Shown piece by piece: positions 54,313 through 64,000 of a stretch of 64,000 nucleotides of DNA. Source of the DNA: a virus (Duplodnaviria; Heunggongvirae; Uroviricota; Caudoviricetes). The stretch is taken from positions 297,787-361,786 of IMG/VR virus record IMGVR_UViG_3300015214_000024. The stretch is one strand, 5' to 3'. Positions within the stretch are counted from its first letter, which is position 1; each line of letters starts with the position of its first letter. The notes under the pieces were generated by a model. That model searched no databases. It saw only the letters and a list, made by a program, of their open reading frames with translations, and was not told the DNA's origin. The translations under genes were made by a program, and so were the position numbers.

Positions 54313-55326
54313 TTATGTTCTCATTATATTTGCTGTTTTAAATCGAGTTTCCAATTCAATGGAAGTGCCTGTATAGATTGAATTGTAAATCGTATATAAT
54401 GTATAAAGCCTGCCGCACTCTTTAACCGATTGGGCACAATCCTTGATATCTTTTGGCCATTTGGGCAGTGATACTGAAAAGCCGTACTTGCCAGCATCCT
54501 GAACTAGTCTCAAGCCAGTATTTTCCATATCCGGAATAATTATAACTTTTTTGCGTGATTTAATCAATATTTCTGCTTCAACTTCATTCATTGTATTTGT
54601 CATTAAGGCCACTCCACCAATTGCCTTCGCATCAGTCGGGCCTTCGACGGCCACCACAGTATCTGCTTTATCATTCAGCATATCCATATTATAGATATAA
54701 TTTTCTGGACGTTCCATCATATATTTTGCTATTCCAACAGGCGGTTTTTTCTCATAATACCTTGACGTCCATCCTACCACCTTACCATTCCAATAAAAAG
54801 GCAATATAAACCGTTTATTCATTTGTAGTCGCGTATCAGGGCTCCACATAACCTGTTTGTCCAATAACAGAAACGGAACCTCAGATGAGATATATTCTAC
54901 GACTTTGTTGAATTCTGGGTCGCAAAATCCAGATTGGATTAGATCAATTATCGGCTTAGAATCTTGCGGCAACTTTACAATTGGGTAGGCACTTGGGACT
55001 TCTGGTATTATACGTTTACGGACTGTATTATTACCAAATCGTATTTCGATTGGTATTTCACTTATATCAGCACCTAAAGTCTTCAAAAAATCAAGGCACT
55101 TTTTGTTTGGTCGATTGCCTTCAGTATAGCCAGTAGAAAATTTACAATTGAAGCAGTTATAGACGAAGCCAAGTGGTTCAATTTTTAAGCCGCCGCGCAT
55201 CTTAGTATCATTTCGGGCTTCACCCTGTTTGATACACATTGGGCAGTTAAATTTGAAGCCATTTCTATTCTTTTTAGAAGAGGTTGGCAAATGTTTAAGT
55301 AAAAGTTGTGTTACTACGTCAGTCAT
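54313..55326 (-). CDS. DNA primase (T4 gp61-like)
   Basis: CPMC/CFNC Zn ribbon, VEGPTDA TOPRIM, IKDC. Confidence 0.9.
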   Translation of the reverse strand: MTDVVTQLLLKHLPTSSKKNRNGFKFNCPMCIKQGEARNDTKMRGGLKIEPLGFVYNCFNCKFSTGYTEGNRPNKKCLDFLKTLGADISEIPIEIRFGNNTVRKRIIPEVPSAYPIVKLPQDSKPIIDLIQSGFCDPEFNKVVEYISSEVPFLLLDKQVMWSPDTRLQMNKRFILPFYWNGKVVGWTSRYYEKKPPVGIAKYMMERPENYIYNMDMLNDKADTVVAVEGPTDAKAIGGVALMTNTMNEVEAEILIKSRKKVIIIPDMENTGLRLVQDAGKYGFSVSLPKWPKDIKDCAQSVKECGRLYTLYTIYNSIYTGTSIELETRFKTANIMRT

Positions 55327-55389
55327 ACCAATTTCATTATTTTATACACCAAAAGTCAGTATAAAATAATAGTAAATGGTTAGTCAAGA

Positions 55390-56187
55390 TTAATTTCGAT
55401 ACAGGACTTTTGTAATTTGGCCATCTTGATTTTGTTGCGGGACGTATTTAAATCGAACCCATTTCGCATTTGCTTGAAATGTGAACGGCTCAATGCCAGT
55501 GAATTGGTCATAATTTTTCCAAGGCATTAACTCGTCTAACCAAATTGGAGACCAATCGCTTTGAATTGGCACATCGTTTAGGGATATTTCCACATAAAAC
55601 TTACCAGTGTAATTTTCACAATAAACAGCAATAGTATGAAGACCATCATCGCGATATTGATTTGAATCTGCCTTAAATGGGCCAGCAACCCAAAAAGTTT
55701 CACTTTCTTCAGTAGTATCAGTCGATGGCGTGTAGTCATCTGGCAAAACACTCACAGATTTTACTGGAGTTGGCATCACTCCTTCTATCAATTCAAAATA
55801 ACTGAGAGTATTTACTGTTTGGTCAATAAAATATGGTTCCGGAGTTCCATCTGCCACAACTGTGAGCGAATAGTAAAAATAAGCTGGTGATAAATCAACG
55901 GTGTCAACTACTTCAAATACAGCTTGTGCTCGACCTCTAATGGCATCAGTAATATCAAGCTGTTTATAAAATTGGAATTCATTAGTATCATAACTGAAGA
56001 CATTTAATATTACCATCTTATCAGTTAGATCAATCACTTGCGAGTCTAAATCTCTTATTTTGAAATCGACTACAGTCTTTGTTCCTTTGAATACTTTGAA
56101 GTTAGTATCAGTTAGGGGTAGATTGGCGGATTGCGGACTTGATAGAGTAGTATCAATCAATTGATTATACGAATAGAAAGTGACCAT
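55390..56187 (-). CDS. probable virion structural protein
   Basis: beta-rich, late promoter upstream. Confidence 0.6.
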   Translation of the reverse strand: MVTFYSYNQLIDTTLSSPQSANLPLTDTNFKVFKGTKTVVDFKIRDLDSQVIDLTDKMVILNVFSYDTNEFQFYKQLDITDAIRGRAQAVFEVVDTVDLSPAYFYYSLTVVADGTPEPYFIDQTVNTLSYFELIEGVMPTPVKSVSVLPDDYTPSTDTTEESETFWVAGPFKADSNQYRDDGLHTIAVYCENYTGKFYVEISLNDVPIQSDWSPIWLDELMPWKNYDQFTGIEPFTFQANAKWVRFKYVPQQNQDGQITKVLYRN

Positions 56188-56252
56188 TTGGCAATCCTTT
56201 TATTTTTTACGCAGATAAATAATTATACATTCAACAACGTATTTATTATAAG

Positions 56253-56639
56253 ATGACTATGATCACAACCACAGATTTTTTCCAGTTGCAGACCAAATTT
56301 CCGTTTCTATCTTGCATTAGATTTAGGAATGAAGATTTAGTCGGTATAGTACAAAATATTGACAATCAAGTTATCAGCTTTTATGTATATAATCGCTTAT
56401 CTACAAAACACGAAAAAACATCATTTCTAAACTTAGGCCAAGAATGGTGGGATAACAGTAACCGCCTCATCCCAATTGATATTTTCTTAAAAGACGATTT
56501 TGAATATTATAAAAAAATCCACCATTGCTTTCCTAAAAAAGAAGTCACTAACATTATGGGGCATACTGTATGTTTAGATGACCAATTCAATAAAAGAATC
56601 AAGAAACGCAGAAGTCAATTGGTCCGTAATCCAAAATAA
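56253..56639 (+). CDS. conserved hypothetical protein
   Basis: 128-aa ORF. Confidence 0.7.
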   Translation: MTMITTTDFFQLQTKFPFLSCIRFRNEDLVGIVQNIDNQVISFYVYNRLSTKHEKTSFLNLGQEWWDNSNRLIPIDIFLKDDFEYYKKIHHCFPKKEVTNIMGHTVCLDDQFNKRIKKRRSQLVRNPK

Positions 56640-56882
56640 TCATCCCATTATATTGCAAAAAGACACATAAGCATTAAATGCGTCCAAGTCTGGGAAATCC
56701 AAATAATAATTAGTTAAATTATCAAGGGTTGGATGGGTGTATGGTGTTAAAGTTACGTCTATTGATTTCAAAAAGTCAACAACATTATCCAGCCAGATCG
56801 AAGTTCCCGTTTCCATACAAATAAAATTGCCACTTTGTCGGCCCCGAGTATTAACCGTTGCTATTAGTTTTGATCGTATCAT
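56640..56882 (-). CDS. hypothetical protein
   Basis: 80-aa ORF coupled to the mini-DnaE gene. Confidence 0.55.
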   Translation of the reverse strand: MIRSKLIATVNTRGRQSGNFICMETGTSIWLDNVVDFLKSIDVTLTPYTHPTLDNLTNYYLDFPDLDAFNAYVSFCNIMG

Positions 56883-57463
56883 ACCACCGCACGTTCTGAT
56901 TCAATTTTGACCATCAAACACCCAATAGCTACCGCATATGCAAAACTGTGAGCTCGTTTGAAGTAATAACCTTCATCATCGGCTATTTTATCCCATATTG
57001 TGTTCTTAATCTGAGACCAAGTTTTATCTTTATACCATTTGTGTTTTCTTCTAATTAAAGCCAAAAATGTAGCTAAATCCTCAATACTTTGGATTGGATA
57101 TTTGTTAATCAGATCATAATAATCAGCAATATGTGGAAGTTGTTCAACTACAGTTTTATCGTTCAACAAACTCCAATTTGGTTCTATGGATAGCAATAGA
57201 TTTAAATGATTTTCGTTCTCGATCCCTTCATACATTGATGCATTTAGAAAATCTATCTTGAACAACCCTAACTCAGACGCCAACTCATCATCAACTCCTG
57301 CCAATCCTGTTATAGGATCTGCTGGAACATTTTGAAAATAAAACCCCGACGGGTGGGGTGATAATTCACCATTCTTATGCAAAGAAGCTCTGATACACTT
57401 CAATCCTTCAAGAGCTTTGTCTCTATCATAAAAATCTATATCAATATCGGTCGAAACGGTCAC
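56879..57463 (-). CDS. miniature DNA polymerase III alpha (DnaE)-like protein
   Basis: DIDIDF, HPSG, LFKIDFL, YYFKRAHSFAYA in 194 aa. Confidence 0.8.
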   Translation of the reverse strand: MTVSTDIDIDFYDRDKALEGLKCIRASLHKNGELSPHPSGFYFQNVPADPITGLAGVDDELASELGLFKIDFLNASMYEGIENENHLNLLLSIEPNWSLLNDKTVVEQLPHIADYYDLINKYPIQSIEDLATFLALIRRKHKWYKDKTWSQIKNTIWDKIADDEGYYFKRAHSFAYAVAIGCLMVKIESERAVV

Positions 57464-57731
57464 GGAAACCCTCCACCATCGATTTGGATAAGCTATTGAT
57501 TACTCTTTTCATCTGCTGGACTTCAGTAGTCAAAATTCGCAATTGCTTTTGAGTTTTAGCCAATTCTGCAACCACCCTATCGTGCTGTTCTTTAGTGACA
57601 ACTGATGCTTTTTTACCCTTAGTTTCAACCACTACAGTATCTTGCAATATTTCTATTTTCTTATCATCCTGGCCAGATACTTTTGTGGTTTCGGCATCAT
57701 TCCCATTGTACATAGACGCTCTATCAATCAT
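57441..57731 (-). CDS. coiled-coil hypothetical protein
   Basis: 96-aa ORF. Confidence 0.65.
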   Translation of the reverse strand: MIDRASMYNGNDAETTKVSGQDDKKIEILQDTVVVETKGKKASVVTKEQHDRVVAELAKTQKQLRILTTEVQQMKRVINSLSKSMVEGFRDRFDRY

Positions 57732-58417
57732 AATCCATAATCCTTGACAATTTGCTCTACAAATTGCTGGTCCTTCGCTTTACGGCGCATAGCCTGTTGC
57801 CACCAGTTTATATCCAAATACTTATTAAGTAAAATTAACTGTTCATCGCTCATTCTATTCATCAAGCCCTGAGCTTTTTCTGAAGTAAAAAATACCCAAG
57901 GACTAATCCTTCCCGATCGAAGCCAATCCAATGCCTGCTGATTGGATATTTCATTAAAGAAATTAGTCCAATCTTGATCATTTTCTGAAGCCCATTTATC
58001 GATAAACTTAACAGTTTTACCAACCGCATCGTCAATTGATTCTTGACGCATATTCATCTTTACAAAATATTCATATGTGGAATCCTTATTCCAAGAAGAC
58101 ATTTTGTAATTATTTTTGATCATAAAATCAATGTAAGCCAAATAATTAGTAATATTATAATCATCTACAAAGAAACCAAATTTTACAAATGAAATATATG
58201 CAGTCGAATTCATAAAATCTTCGTAAGTCAGGCCGCCTTTCTTATTCAAATACAGCCCAGACTTTTTGCACCAATGTAGCCAGGAAGCAAAAGCAATCCT
58301 AACGTGCTTATCATCCTTGTTCATCCACCTTCGCTTCTTTTCGCAAAGATGGACCTCAAGTGTTTTTTCTCTCGAAAATTCTTTTTTACAAAAATGGCAC
58401 TGAAATTTATCAGTCAT
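57728..58417 (-). CDS. Zn-finger-containing protein in replication cluster
   Basis: CHFC...HLC; GRISPW. Confidence 0.7.
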   Translation of the reverse strand: MTDKFQCHFCKKEFSREKTLEVHLCEKKRRWMNKDDKHVRIAFASWLHWCKKSGLYLNKKGGLTYEDFMNSTAYISFVKFGFFVDDYNITNYLAYIDFMIKNNYKMSSWNKDSTYEYFVKMNMRQESIDDAVGKTVKFIDKWASENDQDWTNFFNEISNQQALDWLRSGRISPWVFFTSEKAQGLMNRMSDEQLILLNKYLDINWWQQAMRRKAKDQQFVEQIVKDYGL

Positions 58418-58920
58418 TATTTCTTCAATTCTTTTATTTCTTTAATCAAAACTTTCACTTCATCGTCTTGTAAACCAGATTCTTCAACCATACTTATCAG
58501 TTGCTCTTTACTGTTAATTGAAACAAGAAAATCCAATTCATTATTAGATGCTGTTGGATAATATTGCTTTAAAAAATTATTCAATTTAGATTTTTTCTCC
58601 CTCGAGAAGCCCTTAATCCATTCGTGATTAACTTTCTGACCAATGCCACATTGCGCTAATAACATATAAAGCAATTCTGGATGTTTTGACAAGCACGGAT
58701 CCCATAAATTTCGATTAATCATTTCGTTAACCATTTGGATATAGTATTCGTTTATTTCTCGCGAGCCCTTCACTGCACTAATCCAACGCATTATGACCAA
58801 TGGTGAAAATGCCTTCTTTTCTTCATCAGTTAACGTCTTATAGAAACCAAAGTTGCGCTTATCAATTTGTTCCATCACTCTAAATATGTCTAGAGGAGGT
58901 TTCTTTTTGCCATCAGTCAT
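58417..58920 (-). CDS. probable clamp-loader small subunit (T4 gp62-like)
   Basis: FSPLVIMRWIS...N...HEWIK...LKQYY pattern and context. Confidence 0.6.
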   Translation of the reverse strand: MTDGKKKPPLDIFRVMEQIDKRNFGFYKTLTDEEKKAFSPLVIMRWISAVKGSREINEYYIQMVNEMINRNLWDPCLSKHPELLYMLLAQCGIGQKVNHEWIKGFSREKKSKLNNFLKQYYPTASNNELDFLVSINSKEQLISMVEESGLQDDEVKVLIKEIKELKK

Positions 58921-58973
58921 TCTTGTATATCCTTTCTACCACACTAATACATCGTTGGGCCAAAATCAATATA

Positions 58974-59480
58974 TCATTGATATCTTCTTGTTTTTTTGGA
59001 TTGAATATTCCTTATAGTCTCTGTTGTCACATTATAATATTTTGCTAAATTAGATATTGTTTCATCTGACGATCTGATATCGCATATATCTTCCCAAGTT
59101 AAACCGTAAATACGAATTTCACCAGCAACCCCAAGAGTCGCAGTAATGGCTTGATAGGTATTACCGAATTTAATATTTCTGGCTACTTTAATTGAGCATC
59201 CAAATTTATTTTTTATTTCTTGAGCAGTTCCAGAAAAATAATATATTTGTTCGATTATTTCTGGTGTTAGTATTCGCTTTTTAGTATGTGCTGGCTGGCC
59301 AGGAATTCCAATGCCATTAGTGAAATTTTTATAATTTTTTCTACTTTTGATGTCATTGACAGTCGTTATAGATACGTCAAATTTTTTGGCTATATCTTTC
59401 GATGTCGAACTAGACTTAAAAATATCAATCACATCTTTTTTTGTTAATTTTTGGTTCATTTCAATTCGTTTATTAAACAT
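58974..59480 (-). CDS. protein with three tandem HTH repeats
   Basis: LTxxDVxDI...IAKKFDVS...IK repeated three times. Confidence 0.75.
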   Translation of the reverse strand: MFNKRIEMNQKLTKKDVIDIFKSSSTSKDIAKKFDVSITTVNDIKSRKNYKNFTNGIGIPGQPAHTKKRILTPEIIEQIYYFSGTAQEIKNKFGCSIKVARNIKFGNTYQAITATLGVAGEIRIYGLTWEDICDIRSSDETISNLAKYYNVTTETIRNIQSKKTRRYQ

Positions 59481-59490
59481 TGTTTTGGTT

Positions 59491-59502
59491 TATTTATAAA
59501 TA
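59491..59502. promoter_or_regulatory. overlapping divergent T4-type late promoters
   Basis: TATTTATAAATA contains TATAAATA on both strands between divergent genes. Confidence 0.6.
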
Positions 59503-59546
59503 TTAGCAGAGTTAGACATTTAAGTCAAAAATTAGGAGATTTTAAG

Positions 59547-60296
59547 ATGGGTAGACCACTTAATAAGCGAAACTTTAAATCAGGTGCTGGAAACCAGCTT
59601 GCAGTTCGTGCAAAAATTGGCTCCAATGCAGAAGGTGACGGTTTCATCGTAAAGCAAACCGGTTCAGATCGTTACATCGTAACCGTTGGTGCAAATACTG
59701 GTACAGTATATTTGGTTGATAAATCAAATGGCTCACTTGCTGCAAACGAAGCAACTATCACATTCCAAGATGCCGAGCTTAATACTAAGAGAGTAAAGAA
59801 GCTGTTATCACACCGTGCTATTTTCTTTGACGATACTTCAGCTGGTTGGTCATTTGACCCAGCAACTGGTGCGTTGTGGGAAGCTGCTGATGTCGAGGAT
59901 GGCTTCGCCCCAACAGTTGTTATCACAATCGACACTCAACCAAGCGATTCGTCCGTCAATGAAGGCGAAGGTGCTTCTTTCTCAGTTTCTGCATCATCAG
60001 AACCTTCAACCACACTTTCATACGAATGGAACACTGTTGATGGTGAAGATTTAACACCAATCAGCAATACTGGTGTTTATACTGGTGCAGATACTGATAC
60101 ATTAACGATTTCAGATGCTACTGGCTTGGATTCAACTGACTTCATCGTCGTAATTTCGGCAACAGGTGCTGAAACTGTATATTCTGATGTCGTGACATTG
60201 ACCGTTGTCCCAACACAATTTTTAAAATTTCAGAAAAAAAATAAAGAGGGGTTAGAAATAGCCCCTCTTTTATATCATACAGCTTACGTCAATTGA
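59547..60296 (+). CDS. virion protein with C-terminal Ig-like domain
   Basis: MGRPLNKR start after TAGGAG; ITIDTQPSDSSV...LSYEW...TLTISD. Confidence 0.75.
   Translation: MGRPLNKRNFKSGAGNQLAVRAKIGSNAEGDGFIVKQTGSDRYIVTVGANTGTVYLVDKSNGSLAANEATITFQDAELNTKRVKKLLSHRAIFFDDTSAGWSFDPATGALWEAADVEDGFAPTVVITIDTQPSDSSVNEGEGASFSVSASSEPSTTLSYEWNTVDGEDLTPISNTGVYTGADTDTLTISDATGLDSTDFIVVISATGAETVYSDVVTLTVVPTQFLKFQKKNKEGLEIAPLLYHTAYVN
60243..60271. terminator. bidirectional terminator
   Basis: AAAGAGGGGTTA-GAAA-TAGCCCCTCTTT. Confidence 0.8.
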
Positions 60297-60779
60297 ATCA
60301 GGAAGTTTTACTTTAGGTTCGGAAAAATATACACAAAGTGGCTGCGGTCCAGTAGTTAATGGTATGCTTATTAAATTATCATTGAATAATGCAGGACTTG
60401 TCCATTTTAGATCTGGATAAAAATTGATAATTTTGACAGGAAGGAATTCAGGCATTGAACTTGATAATGGATTAAATGCGAATGCTTGAAAATCTCGACC
60501 ATTAAATTTCTTAATTTCAATCAATTCAAGTTCGCTAAATTCCATTTCACCAGTAACGATTGCCCAGTCCCAAGGAACGTGTACAATGTATGGTCCGATT
60601 TGCAATTCAACACCAGCTTTGGTATATTCCTCAATAAACACTAAAGGTAAAAATCGGTAATCGACATCTTTTAAATTGCTATAATCAAAAACACAAAAGT
60701 TGATATCAACATTTGGATCATTGAATGATATATTGTTCATATCAAAAGGCATATTCTCTGCGGTCAGTAATTTGATCAT
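60270..60779 (-). CDS. conserved hypothetical protein
   Basis: 169-aa ORF. Confidence 0.7.
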   Translation of the reverse strand: MIKLLTAENMPFDMNNISFNDPNVDINFCVFDYSNLKDVDYRFLPLVFIEEYTKAGVELQIGPYIVHVPWDWAIVTGEMEFSELELIEIKKFNGRDFQAFAFNPLSSSMPEFLPVKIINFYPDLKWTSPALFNDNLISIPLTTGPQPLCVYFSEPKVKLPDSIDVSCMI

Positions 60780-60841
60780 TATTTTATTTTTCCATTTAGC
60801 TAAATATATTAAAGTTATTCATATCAAAAGATGAGTTTAAA

Positions 60842-61696
60842 ATGTTGCCAGCACAATTCATTAAAAACAAATACTATCTCATTTACTATAAGATAATAGA
60901 TCGGGCTAAGTCAAGAAATATTTCTGGATATATTGAGCGACACCACGTTATACCTAAATCACTTGGCGGATCTAACGACAAATCCAATATGGTTTGCTTG
61001 ACTGCGAAAGAGCATTTTATATGTCATAGACTATTGACAAAATTTACTACAGGTAAATTTAAACTATCGATGGATCGGGCGGCCTGGAGAGTCAGCCACA
61101 TACAAATCAAAAATAAAGAGGTATTAATAACATCATCACAATATGAAAAATTGAAGACAAACGCAGCAAAAGCACAAAGCATTTTAATGACAGGAACCCC
61201 AAAATCTCCAGAACATATTGAAAATATGAAAAAAGCATTTAAAGGCCGTCCTTCATCTTTTAAAGGAAAGCATCATACTGAAGAAAATAAATTGCGCCAT
61301 TCTAAAATTTTAAAAGAAAAATATGCCTCTGGCGAACTTTTTAAATCACAAGAGACTATTGAAAAACACAGAGCAAGTCGACAAGGATATAAACATTCAG
61401 AAGAAACTAAAAGAAAAATTTCCGAATCTCAAATAGGTAAAACAGTAATCGTCAAAGAAGAAACTAAGGAAAAAATTTCCAAGACTCTGAAAGCTCGATA
61501 TAAAGATCAGGTCCACCATTTGAAAGGTAGACCTGCTCACAATAGAGGTAAAAGTAGGACCGATGCCGAAAAAGCAAAAATGTCAGCTGGTCACCAAAAT
61601 CGTGAGCATATTGTCTGCGAACACTGTAATAAATCAGTCCCGAAGCCAAATTATTCAAGATGGCACGGAAGTAATTGTCGAGCCATCTTGAATTAA
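60842..61696 (+). CDS. HNH homing endonuclease with NUMOD3 repeats
   Basis: ERHHVIPKSLGG...N...LTAKEHFICH; GKHHTEE and HSEETKRKIS repeats. Confidence 0.9.
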   Translation: MLPAQFIKNKYYLIYYKIIDRAKSRNISGYIERHHVIPKSLGGSNDKSNMVCLTAKEHFICHRLLTKFTTGKFKLSMDRAAWRVSHIQIKNKEVLITSSQYEKLKTNAAKAQSILMTGTPKSPEHIENMKKAFKGRPSSFKGKHHTEENKLRHSKILKEKYASGELFKSQETIEKHRASRQGYKHSEETKRKISESQIGKTVIVKEETKEKISKTLKARYKDQVHHLKGRPAHNRGKSRTDAEKAKMSAGHQNREHIVCEHCNKSVPKPNYSRWHGSNCRAILN

Positions 61697-61703
61697 AATT
61701 ACC

Positions 61704-63197
61704 TTATAAATTTATTTTAGTTACTTTATGTGGGAATTCTTTTAGTTTATAGAAAGCTTTGCGCTTTGTCAAATGTCTTTTACTGTATTTTAAAGAACTT
61801 GTAATGTCCCACACTTCAACGTGGTCTTTATCAGCAGCTTTTCTAACACCACGACCTAATGTTTGAATTACTTTAATAAAGCTTTTACCAACCTCAATAA
61901 CAACCAAGTTGAAAATACGTGGTATATTGATACCGGTGGACACGATGCCAGATGTTGCACCAACAATTACGTTATCACTATCATTAATTCGGTCATACTC
62001 TGCAACTCGAGCTTTTGATTTGTCCTTTCCTGAAATAAAAGTCATTTCAGGAATCAATTCTGCCAAAAGCTTACCACAGTCAATTCTATCAAAAACTACT
62101 AAGGTGTTTCCAGTCTTGGCGATATCCTGTATCATAGTAGCAATTTTTTCCATACGCTTTCTATTCTTAAGCAAATAGTCAAGCTCTTCGTGATATGTCT
62201 TGTATTCGCCAGTATCTTGTACTTGCATTATATTAATATTACAACTACTTAAGAATCCAGCGTCTTGAAGTTCCTTTGTTGTAACTTCATTAACTGTTTC
62301 TCCCAACAATGCCTTGACAGAAACTTTCTGAAATTCATATTCTGGCAAGGTACCAGTCATTCCCCACCTCAAAGGAGTATTTCGAAATGGTCCAGTTAGA
62401 AGATCATTCATAGCATCTTGTTTTGCGCCGTGACACTCATCAACAATCACAGCCACCACTCCATCAAGGAAAGTTTCAATGACATTTAAACCGTCAATAA
62501 TTCCCATTTTCATCAAATTATTAAGACTCTGCCAAGTCACAATTGTGTGCTGACAACCAAGTTCTTTACGATCACCGTAAAAGACTCCAGCATCTAAACC
62601 AACATTTATGTAATCTTTATAAGTTTGATTGACCAAGTCCTTGGTAGGAACAATGATAATTGTCCGTGGTTTCTCAATTAGTTCGTCGTTTTTATAAACT
62701 GTCGCTTTTTCAACGACATAACTCATTGCAGCACTGAAAATTGTCTTACCAAAACTGACTGTAAGCTCTTGTACTGATTGTCGATTTTCAACAAAGTGCT
62801 TTACTGCTTCTATTTGATAATCACGCAACGTAATTGGCTGACCTTCAGCCGGGTGGCCTTTTGGCCAAACTTTACCATCGAAAATGTTTTCATCAAAATC
62901 GGCAAAAGTTATATCATATTTTTGTCGCTGGTCATCAAGAAGAATCTCATAACCATCGTTTTGCACAATTGGAAGCAAGATGTCTAATAAATTTAGATAA
63001 GTGTCACCACCAATTGTGCAAAAGGACTTCTTGCCATCCCATCTACCCATCCTAACACTTGGCTGGAATCGAGCACCAGGAACTTCATATTTTACTGCAT
63101 TTACCAATTTACGCCTTGTACCAGGATTTAAATTGGAGAACTTAATGTTCACCTCATCAAATACAGTTAATAGTGTTTGATTTTCGTTCAATTCCAT
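61704..63197 (-). CDS. uvsW: SF2 helicase (T4 UvsW-like)
   Basis: LRDYQ, GKT, VDECH, GMTGT, TGINIP, QTLGRGVR. Confidence 0.9.
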   Translation of the reverse strand: MELNENQTLLTVFDEVNIKFSNLNPGTRRKLVNAVKYEVPGARFQPSVRMGRWDGKKSFCTIGGDTYLNLLDILLPIVQNDGYEILLDDQRQKYDITFADFDENIFDGKVWPKGHPAEGQPITLRDYQIEAVKHFVENRQSVQELTVSFGKTIFSAAMSYVVEKATVYKNDELIEKPRTIIIVPTKDLVNQTYKDYINVGLDAGVFYGDRKELGCQHTIVTWQSLNNLMKMGIIDGLNVIETFLDGVVAVIVDECHGAKQDAMNDLLTGPFRNTPLRWGMTGTLPEYEFQKVSVKALLGETVNEVTTKELQDAGFLSSCNINIMQVQDTGEYKTYHEELDYLLKNRKRMEKIATMIQDIAKTGNTLVVFDRIDCGKLLAELIPEMTFISGKDKSKARVAEYDRINDSDNVIVGATSGIVSTGINIPRIFNLVVIEVGKSFIKVIQTLGRGVRKAADKDHVEVWDITSSLKYSKRHLTKRKAFYKLKEFPHKVTKINL

Positions 63198-63206
63198 TTA
63201 CTATCC

Positions 63207-63701
63207 TCAAATGCTCGCATCTTCAATTCCCGCAGCTCTTAATTTTGTTATATTGGATATTTGCCAATTTTTGATATCAAGTGATTTAATCAATCCAGTA
63301 AATTGATTCCTAACTAATGCGAAATAATTCAACAAATAGGAAAAATCTACGTATTCATCGTCACCTTCAACATATTTTTCAGCTTCTCGGACTGTCAGTT
63401 GTTTGTTGTATTTGGTTGTATAATATTCCAACCGCTCTTTTCTTATTTTTCGAAGCCGAATATTCAAATACTCAACAATACTTTCAATCTCTTGAAGTTG
63501 ACTATACCTATACTCAAACAGCCCAGGTAGGCGGGCCGAAGCTTGTTCTAAATTACCTTTAACTGAAATTTCTGCTTTGGCAGCTTTCAATTGTTCTTCA
63601 AAATATTGAACTGCATCAGGTATCAAGTCTAATTTCGCTTCTAAACAAATTTGATTGTACCAATAATTAAGTCCACATTGCTGTGCCGCCACCTGGGTCA
63701 T
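63207..63701 (-). CDS. uvsY: recombination mediator (T4 UvsY-like)
   Basis: helical, EKYVEGD, KNWQISNITKLRAAG; adjacent to uvsW. Confidence 0.75.
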   Translation of the reverse strand: MTQVAAQQCGLNYWYNQICLEAKLDLIPDAVQYFEEQLKAAKAEISVKGNLEQASARLPGLFEYRYSQLQEIESIVEYLNIRLRKIRKERLEYYTTKYNKQLTVREAEKYVEGDDEYVDFSYLLNYFALVRNQFTGLIKSLDIKNWQISNITKLRAAGIEDASI

Positions 63702-63726
63702 TATTACCTCATTTTATGATGACCAT

Positions 63727-63942
63727 TCAGTAAGGAAGGTCATCATCCTCTTCGTCGTCTTCAGAATCATCAATTTTCAAGTATTCATCAAGTTGATCAT
63801 TAATACCATATAAATCTTCTCTATCCATACCATCCATAACTGCGGCATCGACCATTTCTTCAAAAAAACCTTCGTGATCCGACTCAACAATATACTCAAG
63901 AGCCTTTGTTATCGCCAAATCAACCAGTTCACGTAAATTCAT
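63727..63942 (-). CDS. small acidic hypothetical protein
   Basis: 71 aa, AAGGA SD. Confidence 0.65.
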   Translation of the reverse strand: MNLRELVDLAITKALEYIVESDHEGFFEEMVDAAVMDGMDREDLYGINDQLDEYLKIDDSEDDEEDDDLPY

Positions 63943-64000
63943 ACCAATTCCTTTTCTTTTTTTCTTTTTACTTTAAAGATTATGATTCTAAACGTCGATT

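Noticed and set aside
3897-63562. Numerous short antisense or nested ORFs in the track (for example 3897..4406, 11754..12026, 40382..40816, 61909..62178)
   Set aside because: They lie opposite or inside well-supported genes and lack SD sites or motifs.
1-64000. Genome-wide UGA reassignment (code 4 or 25) to explain the release-factor UGA
   Set aside because: serS, tilS, nrdB and others end at TGA at their expected C-termini, and long genes are intact under code 11.
1-64000. CRISPR array, IS element or integrase
   Set aside because: No regularly spaced direct repeats and no transposase or integrase motifs seen.

Overview
A 64-kb segment of a lytic jumbo (T4-related, RaK2/Atu_ph07-type) myophage genome, about 35% GC by eye, mostly minus-strand. 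The host is probably alphaproteobacterial, based on the permuted two-piece tmRNA and alpha-type SerRS, CCA enzyme, Smr protein and GTA-type holin. It carries T4-like replication and recombination genes (gp41 helicase, gp61 primase, clamp-loader subunit, UvsW, UvsY, nrdAB, glutaredoxin, a mini-DnaE), head and tail-fibre genes under TAAATA-type late promoters, and a two-component pair. The first 18 kb is an unusually rich translation-support region. The main observation is a complete ribosome-mediated transcription attenuator. A sigma70 promoter drives a 15-aa leader MFIISSSSSSSIPMG with 7 consecutive Ser codons spanning all four Ser isoacceptor classes, followed by mutually exclusive antiterminator and terminator hairpins. 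It sits directly in front of an array of six tRNA-Ser genes, four of which have the non-canonical 8/4 fold and together cover anticodons UGA, GGA, GCU and CGA. Upstream on the same strand lie serS and an RF1-like release factor whose reading frame contains an in-frame UGA at a normally Trp position. Also found: a permuted tmRNA, tRNA-Ala, two tRNA-like RNAs and three 340-450-nt ORF-free, highly structured candidate ncRNAs. All calls were made by eye; no searches or folding programs were run.
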